Notes under the pieces: generated by a model
What the model was told of the DNA's origin: nothing
The model's input: only the letters and a program-made list of their open reading frames with translations
Database searches by the model: none
From: Aureliella sp.
Lineage (GTDB): Bacteria > Planctomycetota > Planctomycetia > Pirellulales > Pirellulaceae
NCBI GenBank assembly: GCA_963691875.1
Contig: OY829846.1
Span: 3,808,001 to 3,872,000 of the forward strand
Reading direction: 5' to 3'
Length of the DNA stretch: 64,000 nucleotides
Shown: positions 29,530-39,633 of the stretch, piece by piece
Layout of the letters: the number at the start of each line of letters is the position of its first letter
How positions within the stretch are numbered: position 1 is the stretch's first letter
Translations under genes and position numbers: made by a program

Positions 29530-29967
29530 GAACTCCGTCTTCGAGACCCAGTCCTCCACTGTCGTTAAGTGAATCTTCGCCTGCCATAAATTCACCGAAT
29601 CACCCTGAAACCTTCGAGCTGCCAGGCAAAGGAGTCCTCCTGTAACGATGGTAACGCATACAGGAACTCTTCCAGCCAATTTCTCAATTCCAATAGCGTC
29701 GATTACGCACGTTTTCTTTTCAACAACTTCCGCAACCTAGTGTTCGTTGTCTGGTCGGACTAAAGAAGTCACTGCGACCCTGCATTTTGGTTATCGCGAA
29801 CGCGAACACTATGCTGCGACGCATTTACTGCCAGACACCGCAACGAGGCGACGCAGCTATGCGTCGAATGCGATTGTCCAGTAGCTAACGCCGAGCTATG
29901 GCGACGCTTCCCAAGTCGGTTGATTATCAAAGCAGAAAGTGTTTCTTGGCAGAAAAAGGCAGATGAA

Positions 29968-30450
29968 ATGAATCCTGGCATCCTATACAACGAACCAAAG
30001 AATTACGAACCAACTGTTGTTCTCGACCAACAACTGCCTGCGAAAACAGACGCCCAGAACGAGAACGCGATCATCGATCAGTTCTTGTCGAGTCGCACGC
30101 TTGCGGACATCGAGCGTCGAGCGATCATCGCTACGATCCGTGCGTGCAACGGCAACAAAGCTGCTTCCGCTCGCAGTTTAGGCATCAGCGAAAAGAGCAT
30201 CTATAACAAGATGAAGCGTCTGCAAATCTCTAATGCAGACTTGTATGGTACTCCACCAGCGCCTCAGCAGGCAGCGCAACCGGTTCACCAACCGGCTCAT
30301 CCACAGGCACCAACTCAACAGCAACCAGTGCATGGTCAGCAGCCAATAAACGGCCAGCAACTTGGTGGGCAGCCAGTCGGCCACCAACAGCCTCAACCAC
30401 AGGTTCCGCCTCAGCAACAAGCCCCTTCGCAGTGGCGCCCTCAGCAGTAA
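29968..30450 (+). CDS. Stand-alone Fis-type helix-turn-helix protein with Gln/Pro-rich tail
   Basis: TLADIERRAIIATIRACNGNKAASARSLGISEKSIYNKMKR (HTH_8) followed by about 65 aa rich in Q/P/H. Start set at ATG 29968. Confidence 0.8.
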   Translation: MNPGILYNEPKNYEPTVVLDQQLPAKTDAQNENAIIDQFLSSRTLADIERRAIIATIRACNGNKAASARSLGISEKSIYNKMKRLQISNADLYGTPPAPQQAAQPVHQPAHPQAPTQQQPVHGQQPINGQQLGGQPVGHQQPQPQVPPQQQAPSQWRPQQ

Positions 30451-30534
30451 CCTCGCTCAGTCAAGTGGAGAGCTGAGAATCTTCTCGCCCTCTGCCGGGC
30501 GATAAGTTCCGAGCCAGCTGAACAGAATACAACC

Positions 30535-30574
30535 CAAGGCGTGACGATCAATCGTACTGAATCGTCACGCCTTG
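30535..30574. terminator. Hairpin between convergent genes (probable bidirectional terminator)
   Basis: Perfect 14-bp stem caaggcgtgacgat / atcgtcacgccttg. Confidence 0.7.
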
Positions 30575-30649
30575 ATGCGTTTCTGAGTTATGCAATGCTC
30601 GCTTCACTAGGTAAGCATTATCGAGTGATTGTCGGAATCATTTCATTGT

Positions 30650-31948
30650 TCATCCGTCACCTCGCATCTGACCCGCACCAGTTGCCACTAGACTGAACCC
30701 AGAAATAGCAAGGAACACGACACCGGCAATAGCTTTCGTTGGTTTTCTTGCTTCCCCGAGATTGGAGAAAACCACGATTCCCAAGCCAATGGCCAAAATC
30801 CAGCAACCCACTCCGCCAGCGATGTTCAGAATAGGCATACCGGTTCCGGAACTCTCGTCAGAGCCCCTCGAACCCATGGAAGTCTTCCCGAGCGCTTGAA
30901 AGGGATTACTTGCCGACGACTTGTGAGGGGAAGCCGGTGAACTGCTTTGCACTGTGGATCTAAAAAAGAGCATGCAAATGTTCCAGATCCCGCCTGTGAG
31001 TGCGAGAGGATAAAACAGTAAAGCGGGCAGAAGGCCAAAACTAAATGCGGTTAGTGGGACAACAGCCATGATGGAAACGGTGCGACCGTAAACCAGAGTA
31101 CGGTCACGCATCATCTGAATGGCTCCGCCAAGGATGACACCTTGGTAAACTAACCCGAATATACTCGGGCCCAATATCATCATTCCGAGCACCCCAGTAA
31201 TTGGTAGGCGCTGACTGAACACCCTTGCAACGGCTCCCAAACAAATGAGGATTCCGACAACAGCCTGGATGGTCAGCAGCAGACCAGGGATAAACGCTCT
31301 GTTGCCGTGATAAACGTTGCCGGATGAACTGCTGGTTGGCGCAGGTGAGAATTGCTGGGGCGTTGCAAAGGGGTTGGAAGCCGGTCCGACTGCGTTCATG
31401 TCTGATGGCAGTCCGCCAAACAAGTCCACATCACCCCCGGTGCTCGAAGGATTGCTGCCTACTGGGTCTCCTAAAGGATCACCCAATGGTGCATCTAATG
31501 GCTGAACAAGTGGTTGTGAAGCGACTGACTCTGCGAGTGGTTCTTGAATCGGCTCGACAAGGGTCTCTACCGGCTTGGGTACCGGTGCACTGCTTGGCTT
31601 TTCTTGGACCACAACTGGCTTGCTCTTTTGTACCGGCGCGGCGGACGACTGAGAACTCTTCAGCTTGAGTACTTTTTGGCAGCTGGGGCATTTGATCGAC
31701 TTGGTCGAAGCAGTCTTCGCGAATTGCAGACGTGTACCGCAGCCTGGACATCTGATCGTGACTTTCTTGCTCGATCCTTGAGCTTGCTGGCCTGCGGGCG
31801 CGGCGGGCTGCCCCTTCTGCGTCGTGCTTGCGATGGTGCTCCGGCATCAAAGACAGTCTTGCTGACATTTAGGACAGCGAACTGCCTTTTCGAGCAGGTG
31901 AGACGGAACGTCTAGGCGAGCGCTGCAGGAACTACAATTAATTTCCAC
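30650..31948 (-). pseudogene. Double zinc-ribbon (MJ0042-like) + Pro-rich linker + multi-TM protein; 5' part interrupted by an in-frame TGA or compensating indels
   Basis: GTG 31948 MEINCSSCSARLDVPSHLLEKAVRCPKC, then TGA at 31849-31847. The same frame resumes with IRCPGCG...IKCPSCQ and joins ORF 30650-31612. Confidence 0.7.
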
Positions 31949-32430
31949 AAGTCTTTCCACGGTTTGATGCAACTGTACGGGCAACAGAGGACAAACATAA
32001 TGGAACCAGCTGTGATCGGCCGAACATCAGCAGGGCTGACAGTTGCTTGAAAAAGATGCTTCCGCCGGGCGTGAACCTACCGAACAGCCTTGTAGCATAC
32101 ACGAACCTCACTCAGTTGTTATCTCCGGATCAAGAGGCAGCAAAATCAGGGGTGCAGCCTGTATTGAATGGGGCCAGCTAGCGACAGCTAATTTACTTCA
32201 CCCTAGGCAGAGCTTTTGTTGAAATTGTTTACGATTCTTTTATGTTCAAACATGAGCTAGGCCTGGCAAGCCAGTGTGGATAGCTGGGTAAGATTCCAGG
32301 CGACTCTCTGCTTCTTGGGCGAATGTCGGACTCGGTCATCAACTTGAGGCATCGCAAGCAGAAGCAGAACGTGTATGCTGTCGTCGAAATTTCTCGCTTT
32401 TAGCACAGTCTGGTTTTCTAGATATCGAAC

Positions 32431-34893
32431 ATGAAACAATACCTGTGTCGATCGTTCTGGCTACCGTTGATCTTATTGACTTGCCCGATTGATTCGGCTT
32501 TGGCTGATAGTGCAGAACTCTATGGGCTGACACAATCGACTCGCAGCCGTGTCTGCGCCGGTGGCATGACTTTGGTTCGTGTCGGCGTGTCCAACCATGG
32601 TGAAGAGCCTTGGACCGGTAAAGTGACGCTAAAGTGGAAGCGGCGAGTTGGGAGGGAGTCCGCGCGCGAGGTCAAGCTGCGGCCCCGACAACGCGTCTTG
32701 TTCGAAGTGCCAATGGAGATTCCCCAGAACTTCAAAAGGATCAAACGCTTCGACCTCGAGGTGACCTTGTTTGATGAAGGCGGTAATATCGCCGCTTATG
32801 AAGGCGCTCCACAGCAGCGGCGAATTGGCTTCATGATGGATAGCCAGTTGCCGCCGCTTTCCATGGGAACCGCAATCGAAGCACCTCCACCAAAGTATCC
32901 GTTTTGGTACTGGCCACTTCCACCTTCGATCGAGCAGAACACTTTTGAAGCGATCATGGCCGCCCGGATTGATGCGGGAAACTCGCGCCGAGCAGTGGGA
33001 CTTGAGCACGAAGGATTGCCAATTGAGCAGCAGGAATGGCAACTTTTCGATTTAGTGGCGGTGTCTGATCCGAATCTCTTGCTCGATCATGCATCGCGAC
33101 TTTCGGCAAAGCAATACCTGGAACGCGGTGGTCGGATCTGGGTGCAGATGGACAAGCTCAACTGCGATAGTATCCAACCATTGCTAACTGCGGACCAATG
33201 CCTGATGCAAGTTGGCGTTATCCAGCTACATGATTTCGTAGTCGAAGTCAGTGATGGAGTAAGCGATTTTGCAGAGCGAGAACGCACCGTCCATGTCGAC
33301 TCAGCAATTGAGATGAAGCGTCTCGTACAAGCAGGAGGCACTGTAACGCATTCCATCGATGGCTGGCCAGCCGCTGTTACCTTCAATATTGGATACGGGC
33401 AACTAGTTGTAACGGCGTTGGATAGCTCAGGCTGGATATCCGTTCGAAGCAGATCCGCAAGTCGGGACCCGCTAATGGACTCGAAATACACTATGTACCC
33501 TTGGGCAAAGCAATTGGCAGGGACAATCGCTGGTGTAGCTCGTAACCCGACACCTCTGACAGACCAAGTCAACTACCCAGTTCAGCGATTGGGGACAGCT
33601 GTTGTTCCGCGGCTGTGGGTGTTATTCGCCTTAGGCAGCTACTGCCTGGTGCTAATCGCGGTCGGCTTTGTGCAATACTCGGGCGGTCGACTGGCTTCGA
33701 TGGGAGTGATTGTTCCTATCTCAGCCGTCATTGTCGCTGCAATGATGCTGATGGGTAGGAACTCCATCAATCCAGACCAAAGTGAAATTGTTTCAAGATT
33801 GCAGTTGGTCGAATACGCAAGCGATGGAAGCTCTGCACAGATCACCGAGCAAGCCGCCTTAAAGTTGAACAGTGTTCATGATATTCGTCTGCAAGGGAGT
33901 GGGCTAGGAAACACAGAGCCGGACATTGCGGATGAATCCGAAAGCCCGCCTGGCGTCTTTCAGCAATCGCAATCGGATTTCGGCAATTGGACCTTAGGCA
34001 ATTATGCATGGCCGGCTGGTGTTTCGCGCGTTCGGTCCGACTATAGAATCTATTGTAAGAATCAGATAGTCTCTGCTGAGCTCACAAGCTCTGGTGTCGA
34101 GCTCAACTTGCCTGATGGGCAGGCGAAGCTGCAGGATGCCATACTTTGGTTCACACGGGGAAACCCAATGCTGGTTTCCAGCGTGGCTGAACAATTGTTT
34201 TCTTCTGGCGAGATCAAGGTAGGAAAGCAGCGATGGATTCTTTCGAACCTTATGACGGAAGAGCAAAACCGTCGCTTGGAAATGTATCAGATACTCTTCG
34301 GTGACGAATCGAGCAAGACTCGGCCGACTCGCCGTCTTTATGGTTGGTCGGAGCTTATCGAAACAGTCCGTGCACCAAAATCGCTTAAACAGGTCGGAGC
34401 TTCTCTTCAAAGTATGCCGGTTGTTTTGCAACGCCCCGAAGCAGGCGTGGAATTTGAGTTACCCTACGGGCTAATCGAACTGAGGCAGAGCGGCAACCAG
34501 CCAGGTGCTTCCACGGCCTACGATGACCGCAGCGGTACTTGGCAGGACGAGCTGACTCAAGGAATGGATCGCGAGTTCGAATTCGTCATGCCTGCAGAAG
34601 TTCTGCCGCTAGAGGCAAAATCAATTCTGCTTGAGTTTGACGTTCGCGCTCCACAACGCAAAGTGGAGATCTGGGTGCTTACACAATATAGCGAGGTACC
34701 CATTCTTTCTGCTGATAGCCCCTCGTTGCCTTGGGAAACAACTCTGACGCAACCAGAAATCTTAGAGAGTGTGCGTGACGGTGTCTTGGAGGTAAGAGTT
34801 CATGTGAGCGGCAAGCCCAAGAATGCGTCGCGGGTCATCAACTGGTATGTAGGTCATTTTCATGCGACCATTCGCGGAGCTGTGCAACCATGA
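32431..34893 (+). CDS. Conserved planctomycete-type hypothetical membrane protein
   Basis: 820-aa ORF with signal peptide and two central TM helices; ATGA overlap with the next gene. Confidence 0.8.
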   Translation: MKQYLCRSFWLPLILLTCPIDSALADSAELYGLTQSTRSRVCAGGMTLVRVGVSNHGEEPWTGKVTLKWKRRVGRESAREVKLRPRQRVLFEVPMEIPQNFKRIKRFDLEVTLFDEGGNIAAYEGAPQQRRIGFMMDSQLPPLSMGTAIEAPPPKYPFWYWPLPPSIEQNTFEAIMAARIDAGNSRRAVGLEHEGLPIEQQEWQLFDLVAVSDPNLLLDHASRLSAKQYLERGGRIWVQMDKLNCDSIQPLLTADQCLMQVGVIQLHDFVVEVSDGVSDFAERERTVHVDSAIEMKRLVQAGGTVTHSIDGWPAAVTFNIGYGQLVVTALDSSGWISVRSRSASRDPLMDSKYTMYPWAKQLAGTIAGVARNPTPLTDQVNYPVQRLGTAVVPRLWVLFALGSYCLVLIAVGFVQYSGGRLASMGVIVPISAVIVAAMMLMGRNSINPDQSEIVSRLQLVEYASDGSSAQITEQAALKLNSVHDIRLQGSGLGNTEPDIADESESPPGVFQQSQSDFGNWTLGNYAWPAGVSRVRSDYRIYCKNQIVSAELTSSGVELNLPDGQAKLQDAILWFTRGNPMLVSSVAEQLFSSGEIKVGKQRWILSNLMTEEQNRRLEMYQILFGDESSKTRPTRRLYGWSELIETVRAPKSLKQVGASLQSMPVVLQRPEAGVEFELPYGLIELRQSGNQPGASTAYDDRSGTWQDELTQGMDREFEFVMPAEVLPLEAKSILLEFDVRAPQRKVEIWVLTQYSEVPILSADSPSLPWETTLTQPEILESVRDGVLEVRVHVSGKPKNASRVINWYVGHFHATIRGAVQP

Positions 34894-36686
34894 AATGCGA
34901 TTCTTTTCTCTATCTCAAGCTGATTATTGCATCTCTCGGCACATTGTGTTTTGTCGGCTGGGCTGGCGCTCAAGAAGGACTTCGTGGACCAAATTGGAAG
35001 TCTGATCCGAACAGTGCCTACTTCTTTCAGACTCATCCACCACTCTTCCGCCTAGAGCACGCTTGGGAACACGATCCTGAGGTCAACGTTGATTGGACAT
35101 TGCGTGGCAGGCCGGCCAATCTATCGCTCGATTCAGACACGTTGCGCAACGGGAGCAAGCACGAATGCCTGCTGGGAACTAGGCAGATCATCCGCAACAT
35201 CGAGATGCGCAATATCACGCAGGCAGAGGAAGTTGAGGCGGCGATACTGGATCGACTCAGGTCAACCGAAGCCCGCGACGTCACTTTTCGATCTGCCTTG
35301 GTCTCCGCCGCCATCCTGATGGCCGACTCTCCAGAAGATTTGGAGAGTCTATGGCTTCTGGAAGAGTCAAACTACGAGACCCGTATGCTCGTCGAAAAAG
35401 CACTGCTTGATAGCCGCAGTAGTGTGGCTATCAGCGCATGGCGAGGACGCATGAATCAGCGACCTCGTAGCTTGCGAGAACAACTACTCGCGGTACAAGG
35501 TTTGGGAGCCCACGGCGATCCGAGCGACTTGCCAGCGCTCAAGACGTGTTTCTTTAGTCCAACCAGCGTTTTGCCAATTCAACTTGCAGCGGCTCAGAGT
35601 ATGGGTCAGCTTGCAACCAAGGGGCTAGAAGCCACGGCGCGCGAGGCTTTAGCAGAAAAGGAAAAATTAACTGGCCAAGCCGATTTGACTGCCGCTTACA
35701 TGCTTAAGAAGCATAACTCAGTAGAGAGCGCAGAAGTACTAGGCCGAATACTCAACTCAAGCAACCGCGCTGCGCAAGTCACTGCATTTGAGACGTTGAC
35801 ACGCCATCATCCGAAGATCGCCCAACAAAACTTAAAGCAGTTCTTAGTTCATCCAGATCCAGCCGCACGACGTTTAGCGCTGAGGTTTGCGGTGGAATCG
35901 GACGCGAATTCCAGCCTCGGCTTTCTCCAAGAGGCACTCGGCGATATCAATCTGAAAACTCGTTCTCAGGCGAGGACTCACCTTGCTGCATTGGCGACGG
36001 ATGGTTCACTCAAGCAAGGTGTCGCTGAGGCCGCAGCAAAAACGCTTCAGGAAAACGATCCGTTGGCGATAGAACAAGTTTGTATTCTTGTCGGTGAAGC
36101 CAAGCTATCGAGTCTGGCTGCGGGAATGATTGAGATGTTGGACGCCAAACCTGAAGCAACACTCGTCGCAGCTGCCTGGGCGCTGCAAAGCCTGGAGCTT
36201 GACGCAGAATCTCTGCAGGCAGTCGAGGATAGAATGCGCAGACTAACAAGGCGCAATTTCGCCTCAAAGAACCGGCTACCACGAAGCGACGCTTTGCAAC
36301 TGAGTTATCTCATCGACACGCTGGTCATCAATCGTGTCGACCGAATTCGTCCTTTGTTGGATCAATTTATCCCGAAAGAGGATGCAGCGCCCCCGCCGAG
36401 GGCAGCAGCGATCTGGGGACTCGGTATCTTCGAAGCGGGCTCGCAGGATGGAAAGCTTGCACAGAAACTAGCTGAACGACTGCATGACGAAGATCCAGAT
36501 ATACCAGAGGAAACAATCATCAAATACGTTAGCGCGATCGCGATGGGGCGGATCCTGCATCCTTCTAGCGAAGAGCAGCTGGATGTCCACCTCGATCGTC
36601 CGCCGTTTCCCATCGGTTTGGCAACCCAGTGGGGCCTACAACAATTTGCGTCCCAATCGGACGGCAATACAGAAGAGAGCCGATAA
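34890..36686 (+). CDS. Exported HEAT-repeat protein
   Basis: Signal peptide and repeated helical units (QLAAAQSMGQL, VAAAWALQSL, RAAAIWGLG, SAIAMGRI). Confidence 0.8.
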   Translation: MKCDSFLYLKLIIASLGTLCFVGWAGAQEGLRGPNWKSDPNSAYFFQTHPPLFRLEHAWEHDPEVNVDWTLRGRPANLSLDSDTLRNGSKHECLLGTRQIIRNIEMRNITQAEEVEAAILDRLRSTEARDVTFRSALVSAAILMADSPEDLESLWLLEESNYETRMLVEKALLDSRSSVAISAWRGRMNQRPRSLREQLLAVQGLGAHGDPSDLPALKTCFFSPTSVLPIQLAAAQSMGQLATKGLEATAREALAEKEKLTGQADLTAAYMLKKHNSVESAEVLGRILNSSNRAAQVTAFETLTRHHPKIAQQNLKQFLVHPDPAARRLALRFAVESDANSSLGFLQEALGDINLKTRSQARTHLAALATDGSLKQGVAEAAAKTLQENDPLAIEQVCILVGEAKLSSLAAGMIEMLDAKPEATLVAAAWALQSLELDAESLQAVEDRMRRLTRRNFASKNRLPRSDALQLSYLIDTLVINRVDRIRPLLDQFIPKEDAAPPPRAAAIWGLGIFEAGSQDGKLAQKLAERLHDEDPDIPEETIIKYVSAIAMGRILHPSSEEQLDVHLDRPPFPIGLATQWGLQQFASQSDGNTEESR

Positions 36687-36720
36687 GTCGCCGTGGTCAG
36701 GGCAAGTCAGAGTTTCAGTT

Positions 36721-36876
36721 TGTGAGCCGACGGCGTTAGCCGCGGATTCTTCTGTTCGTAGTCCCGGTTTGTGCGAAATGACCGCGGTACACATCCTATT
36801 TGCCCGTGAATCCCCAACGCTTCACGGCGTACGGCTCACAAGATCAATAGCCCGACCCTAGCGCGTTCGGCTCACT
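36721..36876. repeat. Cluster of REP-like elements (gtgagccg family); related copies near 20092 and 47636
   Basis: tgtgagccg (36721) and cggctcaca (36832-36840) are inverted. A third arm ends gcgcgttcggctcact at 36876. Confidence 0.7.
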
Positions 36877-36988
36877 CCTCCAAGATTGAAACTGATCTGC
36901 CCTATTGCCTCGACTTGGTCAATTGCGCCTGACAAGCCATAATCTAACATCTGGCAATTTCCGCCGGCCATTTCGCTAAGCCTGGTAC

Positions 36989-38863
36989 TTGGTTTTGCAC
37001 AATCAGCTCTTCCCATTTTTCTTAGTTCTTATTCCGCTGCTGGGGATTATCGCTCAGTGGTTAGCTTGGCGGCTGCAGATCCCGAGCATCTTGTTGCTTC
37101 TAGGTTTCGGGTTGTGTCTTGGTTTCTGGATCTCCCCGGACGAGGTCCTAACCAAACTGACAACTGCCGAGGAGAATGTAGGGCCTCGCATGCTCTTTCC
37201 GATCGTTTCACTTTCCGTCGCGATCATCTTGTTCGAAGGTGGATTGACGCTGCGCTGGAGTCAACTCGGTAGCGGAGCAGAGATTGTATTTCGGTTGATC
37301 GCATTCTCCTCGATCGTAACTTGGTGTCTTACCGCGGTAATCGCCAAGTACTTACTAGGATTCAGCTGGCAGCTCGCTTGGCTGCTGGGTGCGATCCTGA
37401 TGGTGACTGGGCCCACTGTCGTGGGACCGCTTCTACGTCAAATTCGACCGAATCGACGCGTGAGTTCCGTTCTGCAATGGGAAGGCATTCTGATCGATCC
37501 GGTCGGTGCAGTGGCCGCAGTCCTGGTCTACGAGATTATCGCGCACTCGCATTTTTCACTCTTCGAAATTATCACCATTACAACTCAGACGCTTCTGATC
37601 GGGGTGGTTCTGGGAGCAGTGTCGGCGGTCTTGCTGGTGGTGGCGTTGCGTTACTATTTGATCCCAGATTTCTTGCACGGCGTCAGTTTTCTAGTGGTTG
37701 CTATTGCTTCATTTTGGATCAGCAATGTGATGCGAGAAGAATCTGGGCTAGTTACTGTTACCATCCTGGGCATTTGTCTGGCAAACCAGCACTACGTCAG
37801 TGTCGAGCATGTGCTGGAGTTCAAAGAGCATTTACGTGTTCTGTTGATCAGTTGCTTGTTTATCGTTCTCGGTTCGCGACTGCAGATTTCTGACTTGATG
37901 GAGATCGGCTGGATCGGAATTCCTTTTGTACTTCTGCTGGTCCTTGTGATTCGTCCACTTTCGGTCTTTCTAGCCACCCTGGGATCTGGGTGGGACATAA
38001 AAGAAAAATTTTTCGTCGGCGCGGTTGCGCCACGTGGAATTGTAGCTGCTGCCGTCGCCAGTGTTTTTGGGCTCAAGCTGGTCGCATTGGGAGCAGAGAA
38101 CGGCGCAAATACCGCGATTCTTGAGAAAGCAGAATTGTTGGCTCCGGTGACGTTTATGGTAATTCTTGGGACCGTCACGATCTGTGGACTTGGAGCTGGA
38201 CCTCTCGCTCGCCGCCTGGGCTTGGCTGACGCAAACCCTCAGGGTGTACTCTTCGCAGGTGCCGCTGCATGGGTTCGTGAAGTGGCAGCGGCTCTCAGCA
38301 AGTATGACATCCGCGTCTTGCTCGTCGATACAAATTACGGCAATGTGGCTGCGGCAAGGATGGCGGGACTCGATGCAAAATGCGGGAACATCCTTTCCGA
38401 ACATGTGCAGGAGGAACAGGATCTCGCTGGCATTGGTCGCTTCTTTGCCGTCACACCCAGTGATGAAGTCAATACGCTCGCGGCGCTGGAATACCTCCAT
38501 GTCTTCAGTCGTGAAAACGTATATCAACTCGCTTCGTCCGGGAAAGCACATGGACGTTGGCAGAGCATTCCTGAGACGCGACGTGGCCGGATGCTATTTG
38601 CAAGCGACACCAACCACCATGTGCTGCAAGACATGGTCGATGACGGTGCAATCGTCAAAAGCACTACACTCACCGAGAGTTTCTCGATGGCGGAGTTCCG
38701 AGAAATGCATGGAGAAGATGCAATAGTGCTATTCTGTTTGGATGCAGAGCGTAAACTGAAGATAAGAACGAGCACCAGCAAGTACGAGCCAGTCGCTGGC
38801 GAGACCGTGATTGCTCTAGTTCCCAATTCAGCAAGCAATGCTTCGAAACAAGAAAATACTTAG
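36989..38863 (+). CDS. Cation:proton antiporter (CPA1/NhaP type) with C-terminal RCK-like domain
   Basis: Motifs AIILFEGGL, VTGPTVVGPLL, WEGILIDPVGA and APRGIVAAAVAS; about 12 TM helices and a soluble C-terminal domain. Confidence 0.9.
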   Translation: MVLHNQLFPFFLVLIPLLGIIAQWLAWRLQIPSILLLLGFGLCLGFWISPDEVLTKLTTAEENVGPRMLFPIVSLSVAIILFEGGLTLRWSQLGSGAEIVFRLIAFSSIVTWCLTAVIAKYLLGFSWQLAWLLGAILMVTGPTVVGPLLRQIRPNRRVSSVLQWEGILIDPVGAVAAVLVYEIIAHSHFSLFEIITITTQTLLIGVVLGAVSAVLLVVALRYYLIPDFLHGVSFLVVAIASFWISNVMREESGLVTVTILGICLANQHYVSVEHVLEFKEHLRVLLISCLFIVLGSRLQISDLMEIGWIGIPFVLLLVLVIRPLSVFLATLGSGWDIKEKFFVGAVAPRGIVAAAVASVFGLKLVALGAENGANTAILEKAELLAPVTFMVILGTVTICGLGAGPLARRLGLADANPQGVLFAGAAAWVREVAAALSKYDIRVLLVDTNYGNVAAARMAGLDAKCGNILSEHVQEEQDLAGIGRFFAVTPSDEVNTLAALEYLHVFSRENVYQLASSGKAHGRWQSIPETRRGRMLFASDTNHHVLQDMVDDGAIVKSTTLTESFSMAEFREMHGEDAIVLFCLDAERKLKIRTSTSKYEPVAGETVIALVPNSASNASKQENT

Positions 38864-38893
38864 TCACTCGGTTTTCCGCAAAGTTTACGACCC

Positions 38894-39544
38894 GTGCCAC
38901 CCATTCACTTTGCTATCGCCGTCATTCCGGTCGCGGTCTATTTCATCTTGATTGGAGCTGCGCGTCTGAGGCGACGGCCTCTGGTGACCAGCGGCTGGCG
39001 CGACACGTTGACACTGGGGATTGCAGCAAGCGGCTTCGTGGCGGTAGGACCGATGCAGTTGTTCTTCCCGGAACGCGCAGCAGAGTCGATGCAAGGCTGG
39101 GTTTGGTTGGCATTATTCGCGCTCTATGTGCTGGCGATATTCCTGGTACTTCTTGGTGGCCGACCCAAACTTATTTCCTACGGACTATCTAGTGAGCAGT
39201 TCCGAGAGAGCCTGCTTGAGGCCGCGCAGGACGTTGATCCCAAGGCACATTGGGAGAACGAAGTCTTGAATATGCCGAGTAGCCACATCCAGCTAGCCAT
39301 GGAGCCGACCGCATCCAGCCGCGTGCATCAAGTCACGCATGTTGGGTTGCTTCACAATTTACAAGACTGGCTGACGCTAGAGCGTTGCTTTGTTCGAAAA
39401 GGGGCTAAAGTCACTTGCCCACGCTCTGCAGTTGGATGGCTGTTCGTTTGCGTCGGCGCATCGCTGCTAGCCTACGCGGTGAAGCCAATGATCTCAAATC
39501 CAACCGAAGCACTTGCCCAACTCAAAGAGTTCTTGCTGCGTTAG
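38894..39544 (+). CDS. Conserved hypothetical membrane protein
   Basis: 216-aa ORF with about 4 TM segments, 30 bp after the antiporter. Confidence 0.75.
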   Translation: MPPIHFAIAVIPVAVYFILIGAARLRRRPLVTSGWRDTLTLGIAASGFVAVGPMQLFFPERAAESMQGWVWLALFALYVLAIFLVLLGGRPKLISYGLSSEQFRESLLEAAQDVDPKAHWENEVLNMPSSHIQLAMEPTASSRVHQVTHVGLLHNLQDWLTLERCFVRKGAKVTCPRSAVGWLFVCVGASLLAYAVKPMISNPTEALAQLKEFLLR

Positions 39545-39633
39545 GTACGCAAGCTCATAGTCCCGCCTTTGTGCGGATTGAGATCAAAAAACGAGCCGGT
39601 GCCTGCGGCTGGGCGTCAAACAAAGTTGTCCAC

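Noticed and set aside
31847..31849. Selenocysteine recoding of the in-frame TGA
   Set aside because: The TGA is not at a CxxC ligand position, I recognised no SECIS, and the alternative frame gives a more natural sequence.
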